A DNA stretch of 64,000 bases, from assembly GCF_009914755.1 (NCBI RefSeq), contig NC_060927.1. One strand, written 5' to 3'. The position numbers and the translations under genes were made by a program. The notes beneath the pieces were generated by a model. The model searched no databases. It saw only the letters and a list, made by a program, of their open reading frames with translations, and had not been told where the DNA came from. Of this stretch, positions 1-15,309 are shown piece after piece; position 1 is the stretch's first letter, and each line of letters starts with the position of its first letter. The stretch is from the human T2T-CHM13v2.0 reference genome, Homo sapiens.

Positions 1-108
1 GAAATGAATTTGGCAACAGCTAGTATATATTCCCAAACTGGGCTTCCCCTATTGCCATAAGACACAAGTGAATTCAAGTCTTCTGGACTTAAAAATAGAA
101 ATAAGTAG

Positions 109-414
<306 letters not shown>

Positions 415-627
415 TGACAGTGGCATCTTAAAAACTCTTTTGTTCCCTTGAAGGAAATTATATCTAGCCATGTCAATCTTTTCCCATCTTATTTGCTGCC
501 TTATCATCCACTCGTTCATTCAACAGACATTTGCTGAACCCTGCACTGCTCAGGACATGGTTCTAGCACTCAAGGGAATGGCAGTCGGATTAAAGAAAGA
601 GACATGCAAACAGGTTGTGAGAATTCA

Positions 628-929
<302 letters not shown>

Positions 930-1496
930 GAATTAATCATGATGCCTGCATGATGGAAGGAAGCTAAGAAACCTATGAGAGGGATATCTACTTTGATTTT
1001 ATGTGTAGCTTTGAAAGTCTGGCAAAGACATTTTCTGTGAGACACCAAGCACGTTGTGTGTGCATGTGTGTGTGTGCACGCACACGCTGCAGAGAACATA
1101 GAGACTTGCTAATGTATAGCTTGAACTGCAGTGATTTAGAAAACACACACTCCTCTATCCTCTATTTATATTGAGCCTTGATTTGAGGTGTCAGTGCTCC
1201 AGCACTGATGGCCAGAAGATGTCACTGCTAACCCATCAGAACCCAGCCTAAAGGGCTGTGGCCCAAGAAGCCCGGAATCCACTCCTCAGAGGCCTGATGG
1301 TGCAAATACTGCTGAGAAAGGGCTTCACGGGGTCTCAGCAACAAGCCCAAAAGTGAATCAAGGTTTCCTTATGCTGCTTCTTGGGTCCTCACTTGGTCAA
1401 CATAAGGTTGCTGGTGCCTGTGTCAGCACACTCGGTAAATCTTTCACAGCTATTGTTAATGCTAGCCTGTAACTGAAACAATTACAAAATTGCTGA

Positions 1497-1994
<498 letters not shown>

Positions 1995-3300
1995 TCAACT
2001 CCCCATTTCTAAGAGGTGCAAGGAACACTTTGCATTAAAGCAGATAAGATGGCATGAGGAAGCATCATCTCTTTGTAGCAATGTGGCAGTCTGGCACGGC
2101 ACTGAGACATGCTGTGTCCTAGTCACACATCAGGACCTAGGCCCAACACAGAGAGTTGGCCCTCCCCTTCAAAACCCATCACAGGTCCCACCTGGAGAGC
2201 TGATGATGCGCACTTGAGAAGAACTTTGTATCCAAACCTAACAAAGTCAGAGGGTCTGAAGCTCAGGATAAGAGTGCTGCCCTGAAATATATTTTTATCT
2301 GTGATGAACAAGTCCTCTCATGGGAAGTCCTGATGGAGAAAAGTGGCATGTCGCCTCGCCCCAGTATGTGATTTTTATTCAGATTCCAGTAACATCCATT
2401 GACATCTGTCACCAGCAAGGTGTTGACTGAGTAGGAAAACTGGCCATCCATGATGGCCTTTATATCGTTAGTTTTTCTGGTGATTGCAAGTTGCAGCAGC
2501 CTTTTATAAGTCAGGGTGCGTGGTGCTCTTGGACCTGAATTAATTTTATTTTAAAGCAGTATTCTTGGACTACATTCTTTGAGCAGTTTTTCCCTGAAAC
2601 TAAATGAATTTAAGCCTCACCTTAAAGGTTAGTAGAATTAGATTTCTGCTCTCAAGCACTTCATGAGACCTTTAAAACCAGAACTCATTAATTCAACAAC
2701 AACCTGGACCAAATACAAGAGCAGATGCTGACAGCTTACAAAGGGCCTCTATATCCACTGCCTTCCTTAACTCTTAGAATAAATATCCAATAGAGGATCA
2801 CCATACCCATTTCTCAGGAGAGGAAACCGAGGCTCAGAGAAACAAAGTGACTTGCCCAAGGTGATACATGATCAGTGAGGCAGAGTCGGGCTCTGACTCT
2901 GGCCTCAGCTGCCTCTGAAAGATATAAGCCTGACCCCACGCTTGTACTTCCACTTTAAAAGATTAGCAGACAACAGATAAAGCTTTGGGAATTAAAACAA
3001 TAATTTTTCTAACTTCCTTTAAATGGAAAAAAAAAGAAAAGGCACTGCTACCACAGGCATTCCATTCTGTCTTCCTTTGAATTTAATTGGCCAGACCAGC
3101 ATGCACCAGTCAAAGATAATGCTATTATTCCAAGGAGATAATGTATTCAATCCTGCCACGAGCAAAATAACAAGAACCAGTTACCCTCAGTTTAGAATGG
3201 TCACGCCTAAGCAAAGACAGAGAGAGAGCAAGAAAGAGAAACAGAGCACCAGGCAGAGTCCCAGGACTGGGCACAGAACCCCAGGCGAAGCTGTGGCTAC

Positions 3301-3435
3301 CTCGGCAGGAGTGGTCCATCTTGTTGAACTGAAAGTATCCCGACTTGCACTGGCACAGGGCAACGCCGTCCAGGTCAGTGCAGATGGAGGTGTCTTTGTC
3401 ACATTCGGGACTCTTCCGCTTGCACAAGCTGCCCG
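3301..3435 (-). CDS. HEG1: HEG1 exon 12 (135 nt), EGF-like domain 3
   Basis: ttccag|CGGGCA, CGAG|gtagcc; GSLCKRKSPECDKDTSICTDLDGVALCQCKSGYFQFNKMDHSCR. Confidence 0.95.
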
Positions 3436-6400
3436 CTGGAATGGAAAAACAAGACAGTGAAACAAAACAAAACCTTCTCCACTTCAAACCTTAAAATCTC
3501 CTCCACTTCAAAGCTCATGTGTCTGCATGAACTCTCTATTTCAAGAGGCTGAGAACAGTTTTCCGAAAAGTCTCCACAGAGCAACACTCCTCTCAGGAGT
3601 CCATCTGTACTGCCTTCTGCCACTCCTTCTCTGATCAGCCGCAGGCTGTGCACCAGTGTTCCCCGTTGAAAACACCCTCACAGCGTGCCACGGACCCACT
3701 GAGAAACGAAATTGGAATAAACAGGCCCTGTTCACTCCTCTGGTGCTCACTGCAAATACAGCCCTTAATGGCCCCGTGTCTTCCAAAGGACTGCGGAGGA
3801 AGGATCAGCACAACCAGAAAATACGGCTGAGTTCTTAGGAAGCCGAGACTTGGACTAAGAACAGGAGTGCAGGCCAGACCTGTTTCAAGTGGAAGTACAT
3901 CTCAGCTCTGTGTGTCTGCATGGCCTAAAAAGGGACCTAGAACCACTCCCTGTGGCAAGGTGGCTTGCTGTCCTGACAGCGTGCTGCCTACAAGAGACTG
4001 GTGATGAGGAGAGATCTGAAAGACAATCTGCTTGCCCCGGGCTGTAGTGTAATTCTGCTTATCAGGCAGTTTCCCCCACTCCACTGATGGGTTCTTGAGG
4101 CTTCTTCATCTCTGGGTCTTCAGTGCCTGGCACAGGGACTGGTTGGTACACATGGCCGCCTGTCACTGACCAGGCAGAGAGAAACAGAGGCAGGCAGAGA
4201 AGGAGCCCATCTTTCAGGCTTGCTACCTTGTTTACTTTAGGGCCTTATTCATCTCATGGATGACAAAGAATCATTTCATTATTATCAGAAAGCATTTCCT
4301 GTGGGGCATATGGCCCTCTGTGAAGTTGTGTACAGCAGACACAATGAGGGTGCATAGGCCTCCTGTGTATATGGGGTACACAGAGAACAGAACAAAAATA
4401 GGAAACCAACTGGATAGTGGATAGTACCTTATTTACACCCATGTGCAGGGCAAGGCAAGCTAGATATTTGCTGTTGTTATTGGGGGGCAAGCTCAAGTTC
4501 AGAATGGGAAGAAAGATGCAAGGGGAAGGGCCATGTATCTATTGTGCAGGGAGGAATGGCTGCCAATTTTCCAGGCATGGTCTCCCATTTCCCACCCAAA
4601 GGAGGAAGCCAACCTATTCAGAAGCCAGGTACCCCTTTTAATGCTGCAAAACTGCCCCTGCCCAGGCAGGTTTTGGTGACATGAGCTGCCACCCCACATG
4701 GGGTTCCTGAAATCTGCCCCCTTTTGTGAGTCCTGAGAACTCAGGACCGGTAGACAGCCTGGTCACACGAGGTAAGCTTAGGACACAACTCTAGTTCTCA
4801 AAGCTGAATTTCCTGCCTTTATCAGTGGAAGCTAGCGTGCTCAATCAGAACCACATTTGTGTGTGTGACAGAATTTCCTTTGTTTATTGTAAAAAGTTTG
4901 TATTTAAGGGAGAAAAATTAAAAATGGAAAATCTCACCAGGCAAACACTGCAAAGCTGGCACCAGGGAGGTAATGAACTTCCACAATCCCTCATCTCAAC
5001 TCTTTGAAGGCTTTGCCAGTCCTCAAGCCTTAATATAAAGAAATTCCTCCAGGGCAGAAACCTGTCCAGGCTGACACTTGCCTTGTCCAGCAGCCAGCCA
5101 GAGTTGCCTGGCCTGATTAGATATTTTCTGGAAGCCAATGTCACGTTTTCCTTCCACCCTGCCCATTAATCCAGCCTGCTGGCAAATCACTCTGCTGGAG
5201 CAACTGTGCCCTGCACAGAAGCAGATCCATGCAAAAGCATGGGACACAGGCCCTGCCTCTGCAGTGGAGGAGTTGCTACCCTACAAATTCTCAAAGAATA
5301 TTCTACCATAAATTCATCCAATAGGACCACGTAGAATCCCATTTTCATATAAAGCCTGGCAATGTGATTTTGCTACATTCACAATTCCCATGGTCTTTCC
5401 TGGGCATAACATCCGCCAAAACAGACAATGAGACTCTAAGTAAATCTAAAGCTGAGACATTCCATGGGGGATTTCCAAAGACTAAACCTCTGGAGATGAC
5501 AAGAGCTGCAGTTCTTTGAAAGGCAAGGAAGTGGATATTTTATGAAGTGAAGACAGAAAACCCTCCTTTCCAATGGCAGTGTCCAGAGTAGCCCAGCACT
5601 GCCCTTATGCTGGAAACACCCAGATGTCAGAAGCTGTCAAGGCCACCTCTCTAGTACTCAGAAAGGTTAGCATGAGACCAGGCTGGTCTTGGCAAAACCT
5701 GGAGAAGACCTGGGAGGAAAAACAGGGAAACAAGCCTGTTTTTTTCAGCTAATATGCATAGCTGTCTTTGTTCTCACGGGCTCTGAAAGGAGAAGTAAAT
5801 AGGAACTTCAGCAAGGCAGCAAGGGTGAGAGGTACTTTCCCATAAACCATATACAAGCAGTCGGAAGAATGGGAGTCAGAGGGTGGGTAGGGCTGCCATG
5901 AGCAGGCTCTTTCAAATCCAAATGGCTGGCACTTGATTTGCAAGGCACTTGATTTGAATGCATTTATGGGAAACAAAAAGTAACCTGGTGCAATGTTGAT
6001 CACATAGAATGTATTCCATAAATATTTAGTGAACTGAAAGGTGACTTTCCTACCTCACTGGGGAGGACAACTTGGTACCCTTGAATCCTTGTCAAGAGAA
6101 ACAAAAAAGTAAAACCATAGAGTCTCAAAGTTTCGAGCATGATATAATGGGGCATGACCTTTCTACCTCACTCCCCCATCAATAGTAACTTCAACTTCAG
6201 AAAGTTTAGCTTTTTTTTTTTTTCTCAGATTAATAACTAGCCTTAAATGGGCCAAGCTCCAGCTCTTATCCCAGAATGAAGGGCTAACAATCTGGCTCCC
6301 AAGCTCTGTAATATACAGGCCCACTCCAGAAAGCTCTCTTGACTGGAAGTTATGGAACCCAGGCCCACTGGGAATGTCAATGTCATGGATCTACCAGCAG

Positions 6401-6909
6401 ACTGTTACAACCTGATATCTTCTACTCATGTCCAGCGTCTGGATGCCAGATGGGTGGTTTAGACTAGATTCTCCATCCTTTGCCAGCCCTACTTGTGTAG
6501 TAAAATGAGCTAACTTTGATCATGTAGCACGTGGCAACAGGGACAAGCCCCCTTTGCAAAGAAGTACTTTAGATTCCAGTTGAGTTTTCCTGTCCTGGAG
6601 GTGAAACTTCTCCTCTAAGACCAAAACTTCCCTTTTGAACTTGTCTCCAATCCCTTTCTTCATTTGCCTCACACCAGAGGCACTATAGAAGCTTTTGACA
6701 AAACAGACAAAGCAAGAATGAGAAAAGGAAAATAATTGTTTATGGCGCCACTGTGGGCATTCTGGCCTCCATTCTTCTGGTTTTGTTTCTGTGCATTTAT
6801 AATGTGCAAACAAACAAACACAAAGGATGGGTAATACTGCACATGCTTTTTTTTTTTTTAACCTAATAATGTATCATGATGAAGGTTTTGGTGGTGGTTG
6901 TTTATTCTG

Positions 6910-7055
6910 TTTTTTGAGGCAGGGTCTCACTCTGTGGCCCAGGCTGGGGTGCAGTGGTGCAATCATAGCTCATTGCAGCCTCGAACTCCTGGGCTTAAGG
7001 GTACCTCAGCCTCCCATAGTACTGGGATTACAGGTGTGAGCCACTGCCTCTGGCC
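6910..7055 (-). mobile_element. Alu monomer / internally deleted Alu (FLAM/FRAM-like)
   Basis: ~145-bp Alu-like; flanking gatgaaggtttt duplication. Confidence 0.8.
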
Positions 7056-7463
7056 AGATGAAGGTTTTTTTGGGTCATTGACAAGCATGTACATTCTGTT
7101 TCCCCAAAGAGAGCAGGAACTTTTCAGTGGAAAAAGAGTGATTTCTGCTTTGTCACATCAGCTCCTATGCCCCTCCCCCTCCCACATCAACACTGGATAA
7201 AATAAACAGAAGGAGCTGCATGCCAAGGACCAGGTGTCTTCAAGGCTTGTGTACAGGACTCTGGGTGTGTGTGTGCATGTTTGTACATGCATGCACACAT
7301 AAAAGAAGATGCATGTGCACAAAGGTCTTTGACTTAACACCCATGCCAAAAATAGGCTCTGTGAGGGCCTTTCCTGGGCCTGAGCCCTGGATGCCTTGCA
7401 TTTCCATCTTAGGTCTGTGCCTAACTATATGGGTAGGATCCTCCCAGAGGGCTGCCCTCTTAC

Positions 7464-7624
7464 CTCTAAAGATCCGCCTCTGAGATCCCAAGAGCTGGCA
7501 GACCTCAGCAGAGGACTTGCAGGAGTTGACACATTTCTGCATCCTATCAGCCAGGTCAAATAGCGTCACATTGGAGGCCAGGGAAAAGGTTGTTTGCAGT
7601 GAGATCACCACCGCGTTGGACTCC
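7464..7624 (-). CDS. HEG1: HEG1 exon 11 (161 nt)
   Basis: ctatag|GGAGTC, AGAG|gtaaga; ESNAVVISLQTTF...SQRRIFR. Confidence 0.94.
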
Positions 7625-7868
7625 CTATAGGCAAAGTTTGTGGGTTTTTAACAGCCCTGAAATGACACGTGGGTCCCAAGGCTTTTGGAAATGAATGTCA
7701 TCGCCATTCACCAGTGACGGGATGGGAGAGCATGAAGGTCAGTGACCTTGGCCCTGGATTGCCCCATGGCTGGGTGAAAACAGCCCGGTTTTGTTGCTAT
7801 CACCCATGTTAGAACAGCCTCCCCTTTGTACAGACTAGTTCACAAGCAAATATAATTCTGTTACTTAC

Positions 7869-7927
7869 CTAGAGGCGTGAACTGTAGATCGGATGTAACT
7901 AGGTAACGCTGAAAAACACATATTTAA
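7869..7927 (-). CDS. HEG1: HEG1 exon 10 (59 nt)
   Basis: tttcag|TTAAAT, CTAG|gtaagt; LNMCFSALPSYIRSTVHAS. Confidence 0.93.
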
Positions 7928-9071
7928 CTGAAAGGAAGAACAAGCCTGTCGTTAACAGTGAGTTAGACAAAAGCCTTGGACCTAGAACCAGTTTCCTATT
8001 TTCAGGATAAAACAGGCATTTTCCAGCCATCAAGTTATCAGCACGCGGCTTTGCACAGAAGTGGTGTCCTTTTTTTGTTCCCCTCTTAAATGCCTTTCTG
8101 TTGTTCCATGAGTACAAAGAGAAAGAGGCAGAGAGTAAATCAGTGGGGAAAATCTTGGCAGGAAATGATGTTCAGAATAGCACCCTTGGATGCAAAACAT
8201 CTTCAAAGAAGCAGCTCTCTTTTAAGGCCCAGGGTTTCAAACAACTCAGAGGCAACTGTTTATTTGGACTCTGCATAGTGAACGAGCTGCACTGGAAAGG
8301 CTCCTTTCAGCTACTCTAGGTCTGACAGGCCCTACATAGACGCCTCATAATCTACAATGAGTTGACCTAACTCAAAGACAGGTCTTCTTCAAAAAGGCTC
8401 TCCGTGAGAAATTACATTATGTGGGTCAAGAGCCCCTTTGTTGAGAGCAAATTAAGAGCTACTCTCCCTATGTTTGCCTTGTGCCCTTGGAGACGGCAGA
8501 AAATCCCTCTACAGCATGAAATATCAGGCCTGCTTCCCTGCTACCCTGCACAATAGGAGCTATCGAGACTCCTTTCCCGGAGTGGAGGGTCTCAGTACTG
8601 GGCCCAGTGCAGATCCACCTGTGTTCAAGGCCCATGTATCAGATACATGCCACTCTGCAGAAGATGGAGGCAAACATGGGACATTATCAAACCCTTTCTA
8701 TGACATCAGTGTATAGCCTAATAGCAATGATTTATTATTGTTGTTTTATTATTAACCTGTTTTTCCAGGTTTGGTAAACAGAACACCTTGGGAAAGAACA
8801 TTTGAGTGGCTTCCTCAGCCAATGATGGATTAATCTTCACTCTTTCTTGGGGACAGGTATGTTACATCACCAGTAAATTATACATTGATACTGGGCAAAA
8901 AATAGCAAGTCAAATAAGTCACTGAGCGCCACGTAATGCAAAGGACTGCACTTCTGCAAAGGGTTCTAAATCCCTGTATTATCTTAGCAGGAGATATCCA
9001 CCTGCAGCACGACCAACAGGCAGCTGTGGCGAAGGGACAAGTATAGGATTAGTAGACATAAAATTCTGCTG

Positions 9072-9653
9072 TGTAGTAAAGAATTTAACCTTGGCCCCAG
9101 GGAAGTCAGGCCTTTGCTCTTGGATCCTGGGAGGCCATCTCTAAGCCCTTGGAATGTGCTGTCTAATAAAAACTTCTTTGTTTACCTGGGGGTGCTGGGC
9201 CATGCCAGAGAGTCCAACAATGTGATTTATGGTGGGGTTGGGTAACATGGTATCAGCTCAACCTCTAGAGGGGCTGGAGATTGAGGTCAGCCACATGACA
9301 AAGCCCCAGTCAAGGCTCTGGAGAGCTTCCGTGGTTGGCAGTACTCCCTGCATACTGGACACACTGTTGCCAGGAGGAGTTAACACTGTGCATGACTCCT
9401 CAGCGGGAGGACAGCTGGAAGCTCTGCCTTTGGAACTCTCCCGGACTCTCTGCCCCGTGCATCTCTTTCCTTGGCTGATTTTAAGCTGTTGACTTTCACT
9501 GTAATAAACCGTAGCTGTTAATATAATCACTTTTAGTAAGCTCTGTGACTCCTCTAGTGAATTATTGAAACTGAGGGCGATCTTGGGGATGCCTGAACTT
9601 GAAATTGGTATCAGTAGTGATGGTGGTTTAGTGGACTGTTCCCCAACTTTGCA
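9072..9653 (+). mobile_element. Solo LTR, ERVL class (MER77-like)
   Basis: TG...CA termini; start tgtagtaaagaatttaaccttg and internal ctctaagcccttggaatgt / ggggctggagattgaggtcagcca resemble MER77/MER21-family LTRs; AATAAA at ~9503. Confidence 0.72.
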
Positions 9654-10107
9654 CCTGCTCTGCGTGGACTCAGGCAATGTCATTCACTTCCAGACCTCCC
9701 GGGGTTCTATCTGCAGATGTGCTGGCAATGCCTGTTACAGGAGTGCGCCATCTGACATCGTCCCTATCATGAAGTGAATGCTCAGGAGATAGAGAAATAG
9801 AACTAGATCCGTATTTTACACAGATAAAGTCCAAAGTCCTGTAGAAATGTATAATTCCTAGCTAATATACTAACTCTTATCCACAAAGAACAAGTAACAT
9901 TGAGATTGGAAATCAATTCATCTCTAAAGTTTTTTAATGGCAAATTTCAATTTTCTGAACCTAGAGTTTAAGAACTCACTGTATAGATGAGTCAAATCTC
10001 TGACTCAGATAGCAGTTGAGAAGCAAAGTTTATTATATGAGCTTCATTTTCCTGTCTTCTTTCTTCCTCTCCATTTTCCTTTTTAGTTGTTTCTGTTTTG
10101 GGGGGTT

Positions 10108-10315
10108 TCTTTTGTTTTTGAGACAGGGTCTCACTCTGTCACCCAGGCTGGAGTGCAGTTGTTCGATCACGGCTCACCACAGCCTCAACCTCTGGGGCTC
10201 ATGTAATCTTCCCACCTCAGCCTCCTGAGTAGCTGGGACCACACGTGCACGCCACCAACCCTAGCTAACTTTTGTCTTTTTTGTAGAGACAGGGTCTTGC
10301 CATGCTGCCCAGGAT
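10108..10315 (-). mobile_element. Truncated Alu (J-like)
   Basis: Right arm plus part of left arm. Confidence 0.85.
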
Positions 10316-10876
10316 GGCATTTTTCTTTAAAAAAAAAAAAATTCTGATAAAAAGCGGGCAAAGAGGGAAAGAAGCAGAATCAAAGACCCCTCGGTCATCT
10401 ATACAGTGAGTTCTCAAACCCTAGGACATCAGGATTAACTGCTGCACCTTTGGCATTCCTTTGAGGAAAAAGAGTATCATTTCCCTAAGTTCCAAAATAC
10501 AAGAGGAAAGTCACACAGCCTGTTAACGGCAGATGGGACCGTAAGATTTTTCTGGGTCTTTCCTCCTCACCAACAGCTCCTGCTGATGCCTGTCATCAGC
10601 ATGTCTGTAACTATGAGTTTGCACATGGAAAAGAAACACAAAGGTGCAGATAAAGACTGTGCATGAGGACACATTTGAAGAAACTCTTCTACTGGGCACA
10701 AATACCTCACTTCCATTTCTGAAAGGCTTTTTCTTTAACCAAGAAGTTTCCCTTCCAAATATAACAAAAGTGAAGAGCCCAGGAGACACAGCTGACCGCT
10801 AGGCAGTCCCCTCTTGGAATAAAATCTGTTCTAGGAAACAAAAGACGAGTAGAAAGATGCCATTCAGGACACTTAC

Positions 10877-10980
10877 CGTTTTGGTGATCTCATTTTCAAC
10901 TTCTTGTAGGTCTGAATGTTTTTCCACAGTTGTATTAAGAAAAGTTCTCTTTAATTTAAACTCTGTCACGAAGGTTCTAA
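10877..10980 (-). CDS. HEG1: HEG1 exon 9 (104 nt)
   Basis: tttcag|TTAGAA, AACG|gtaagt; VRTFVTEFKLKRTFLNTTVEKHSDLQEVENEITKT (not in the ORF track). Confidence 0.93.
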
Positions 10981-12529
10981 CTGAAAATGAAAATGTAACT
11001 TGTTAGATTACACAACAGAAGAACCTATGCAAGGCTGTGTGTTTGCACATCTCTGGGGTGTCCGGCTTTACTCCACCTCACAGGACAATCTCTGCATTTC
11101 TTTCTCCTTATGGGTGAAGACTCCCTCTCCCTCTTCTAGATTTTTCTCTAGCAAAGTGAGCATCTACTGGACTGTGCTGAAGGCTTAGATTGAGCAAACT
11201 TTTGAGAGAGAGAGAAACTCCAAAGAGCCTTTTTTGTATGTGCAAGGCTGCTAAGAGGAGGAGCCTTAGCAATGTCCCTAGGATGGCCTCCCGCACAATA
11301 GATGCCCAAGAAAGCTGCTACAAAGAAGAAAGATGAACAGGTCTAAACAATGTCATCCTAGGAGGAGGGAGGGAGATGTGTTAGACACTAAAAATGCTCC
11401 TCAGGCCTCATCAGGCTTTCGACAGAGGAAAGCTCTCGTCCTCTGAGGTCTCCAACTGAGTCATGCCCACCACTTCAAGGGGGTGCTTCAGTTTCCTCTT
11501 GTCCTTAGAGCCACACCCATCCAAACCCCATTCCTCTTGGTCAGAGGAAATTCCCATTTTATCATTGATAAAGGGGGCTTCCAGAGGTCAGGCAACTTCC
11601 TAAGAAAGCTCACCCAGGCTCCCAAGGGCCACCACTGGCATTGGAGCGTATGCGTGTCCATCTTCAAAGCTCTCCTTTCCCCTATAACCTCTGTGCCCTG
11701 AGGAATCTGATATCCTAAGGACACCCAAGGGACTTGAGAGAAAGAAAGGTGCCAAGCATGTGTCGTGGGGCTATACTCCATGGGGCTGCCGACTCCATGA
11801 TTATAAGCCACATAATGAAAACAGCCCATATTCAAGACACTGTTGGGTTCGGAAATGAAAAAAAGCAGCCTCATTTTCAAGGCCCATTTCACTCATAAAA
11901 TAAAATTCCAGTTAACATCAATTTGTGCTGATTGAGCCTGAGGGGAACGGGACTTACAAATGGGCAGGCAACCAAAATTTAGTATGGTGTGTTTTATTGC
12001 TGGCTCTTATCTTCCTTTATATTAAATGCTTATCTTTCCCTCCGGATGGAAAACAAATAACTCAAGACACAGAAGTCCATGAAGCTGCTCTTTCCCCGAA
12101 AGCCTGCATGCCGAATTGAGAAAAAGACCCACAAATGAGCCAGGGAAAACATTTAACATCTTACACTTACTGTCTAAAGCGCTTAATCCTTACTTAACAT
12201 CTTTTTGCTTGTTCTACAGTTCAGTGAAGCCAGCTGCTTAGGACTCTTTCTGAGCAGCAGGGAGCTCTCTGAAAACATTCTTGGCCAAATGAAAGCATTT
12301 CAGCATGCTCTAATTTGCATGTTCCTCTGATGTTTATGAACAATGAAGCTAAATGACTTGAAAAGGGAAAGATGATTGTGAAGGCGATAGTGCTGCTCTC
12401 CTCCTGAGCTGTGCTACCTGTGGAACACTCTGCACGCAGGCTTCCAGAACAATGGTCCTGCTTCTTCACTTTCTCATCTCACGTGTCTAGGCTGATACCC
12501 AGACTCTCTGTATAGAAATTCACATCGCA

Positions 12530-12851
<322 letters not shown>

Positions 12852-13525
12852 TCAGGTACGTAGATCTATTCTGAGTCAGGACAGTAAACGTGGCATCTGC
12901 TTTTGGTGTGAATATAAAGATATATCAGTTTCATTCCAAACCCTGCACTCACTCCAGGCAGAGTTTTTTGTTGTTTTTTTTTAAAGACACTTACACCTTT
13001 ACGCCTGCAGTTACAGCACCTGGCTTTAAGTAGAAGTTTTACTTCCAATTTAAATGTTGATTTCCCTATGTTATCTAAATGATTTTTTTGGGAAAGAGCC
13101 ATAATTATTACTTTGTATTCAGCACAGTTTATTGTTTTCAATGCTTTCAATTCTGGTCCAAGAGTTTGAAGACTAAAGTTAAATGGTACCTCCCATCTGG
13201 ACAGCTCTTTACCATTTTCAAAGCTTGCTCAAATATATTACTTTACTTGATCTTCACAATAATCTTGAGTGGGAAGCAGGACAGATGGTAATCTGATTTT
13301 ACAGATGAGGAAATATAGGGCTCAGAAGCCATGTGCTATAGGTGGTGGCCCTGGAGCTGGAAGCAAATCATTTGAGTCCTGGGCAAATACACTTTCCCCA
13401 CAATCCTTAAAAATAAAATCATTTCCAGCTTCTCTATTCTTAAACTGAAAACTCCTGGCAATATCTTAGTGCGTGGCTAAATAGTTTACTAAAATGCAAG
13501 TAAATTATTAGAATAAAAGAAATTC

Positions 13526-13821
13526 TTTTTTTTTTTTTTGAGACAGAGTCTCACTGTGCAGCCCAGGCTGGAATGTAGTGATACAATCTCGACTCACCAC
13601 AACCTCCAGCTGCCGGGTTCAAGCAATTCTCATGCCTTGGCCTCCCAAATAGCTAGGACCACAGGTGTGTGCCACCATGCCTGGCTAATTTGTGTAATTT
13701 TAGTAGAGTCAGGGTTTGACCATGTGGACCAGGCTGGTCTTGAATTCCTGATCTCAAGTGATCAGCCCGCCTCAGCCTGCCAAAGTGTTGGGATTACAGG
13801 CATAAGCCACTACACCAGGCC
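13526..13821 (-). mobile_element. Alu (old)
   Basis: Alu consensus; TSD-like agaat..agaaattctt. Confidence 0.92.
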
Positions 13822-14130
13822 AGAATGAGAGAAATTCTTGATTTTGACTGATGTCTCTATTTCTAGATCCTTCTTTTTGAAACAATGTTTTGACTTGATC
13901 TTTGTATTTTAAACAATTTTCAAAATTCTACCATTATTTTGGTAGGGTACTTCTTAAAAATTCTCTTCAGCCCACAGGTAATAGCACTTTCAAAGGATAC
14001 AGACATTTGCTCTCTCAAAAACACTGAGCACTTTTTGTGTGTTAAGTGTCACACTGGGCAATTTAAGATGACTGAAAGATGAGTTATTTTATCTGCCAGT
14101 TTCCTTACTTAGCTTAGAAACTCTGTATCT

Positions 14131-14438
14131 GGCCAGGCACAGTAGCTCACACCTGTAATCCCAGCACGTTGGGAGGCCAAGGCAGGCAGATCACTTGAGG
14201 TCAGGAGTTCGAGAGCATGGCCAACATGGCAAAGCCCCTTCTATACTAAAAATACAAAAATCAGCTGGGCATGGTGGTGCATGCCTGTAATCCCAGCTAT
14301 TTGGAGGCTGAGGCATGAAAATCGCTTGAACCTGGAAGGTGGAGGTCGCAGAGAGCTGAGATGGTGCCACTGCACCACAGCCTGGGCAACAGAGTGAGAC
14401 TCCGTCTCAAAAAAAACAAAAAACAAAAAAACAAAAAA
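14131..14438 (+). mobile_element. Alu (S-type)
   Basis: Alu consensus; TSD aaactctgtatct. Confidence 0.93.
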
Positions 14439-15309
14439 CTCTGTATCTTTCATTTCTAACTTCTTCAACAAGTTATGTATTAAACTTGACATTCTAACAA
14501 GGGTCACGCCCTGCAAGCAAGAAAGCTCCTAAAGTTAATACATTATCATGTAATAGAAAGAGCTGTGGGCTGGGAACCAGGCTTCCCACCAACCCGTTAC
14601 GTAAGCTTGGCCACTTAGCACCTTGTGAAGGCCTTGGTTTTCGTTTGGTTTGTTTGCTTGCTTTTTAACTTGTAAAATGGAGATTATTTTCAAAATCAAA
14701 CAGCTTCATCATGAATCTATCAAATTAGTGAACAAAATATGACAAATTGTGTGATACAGTTAGGACAGCAGCTTTCTCAAAATGTATCTGCCTATGAGCA
14801 AGAGCATGAAGGTCATTTTTAAAAACTGAAAGAATGTGTGAATGTGGTAGGACAATCAGAGTTTTACTCTCTCTTTTCTCCATCTAAATTGTTTTTTTTT
14901 TTTTTATTATGTGGTCAGAATAATCCTTTTGACTTTTTTTTTCCTAGCTCCAGGGTGGAGTGGTTAAGCAAATAATATTATACACAAATGATGGCATAAT
15001 ATGCCGTCATTAAGATGTTTGTACAATGTTTTTAACAACACAGGAAAATGTTTAAGATATAAAGTTTATACAGATATCCTATGATTTCAACTATGTAAAA
15101 ATATACTGCACATCAAAAACATAATGCAAAGTAGGGTGTTCTATCTCCAAGTATCAGAATAATGGACAATAGCTTCCACTTTTTTCTATATTCCTTAAGT
15201 TTATACCTTGGACAAATACTGATTTTGGTTAGGAAGAAAAATAACAAATGTTACCTTGTAAAATATATTGTGGTACGGAATAAAGTCCGAAATAGACTAA
15301 GTCTCTTAC

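Noticed and set aside
3476-3512. Direct repeat ctccacttcaaa x2 near the exon 12 acceptor (similar micro-duplications at ~31160, ~39850, ~59510)
   Set aside because: Short slippage-type duplications with no supporting evidence of function.
9258-9683. 141-aa ORF in intron 9
   Set aside because: Lies within the solo LTR; no retroviral or cellular protein features.
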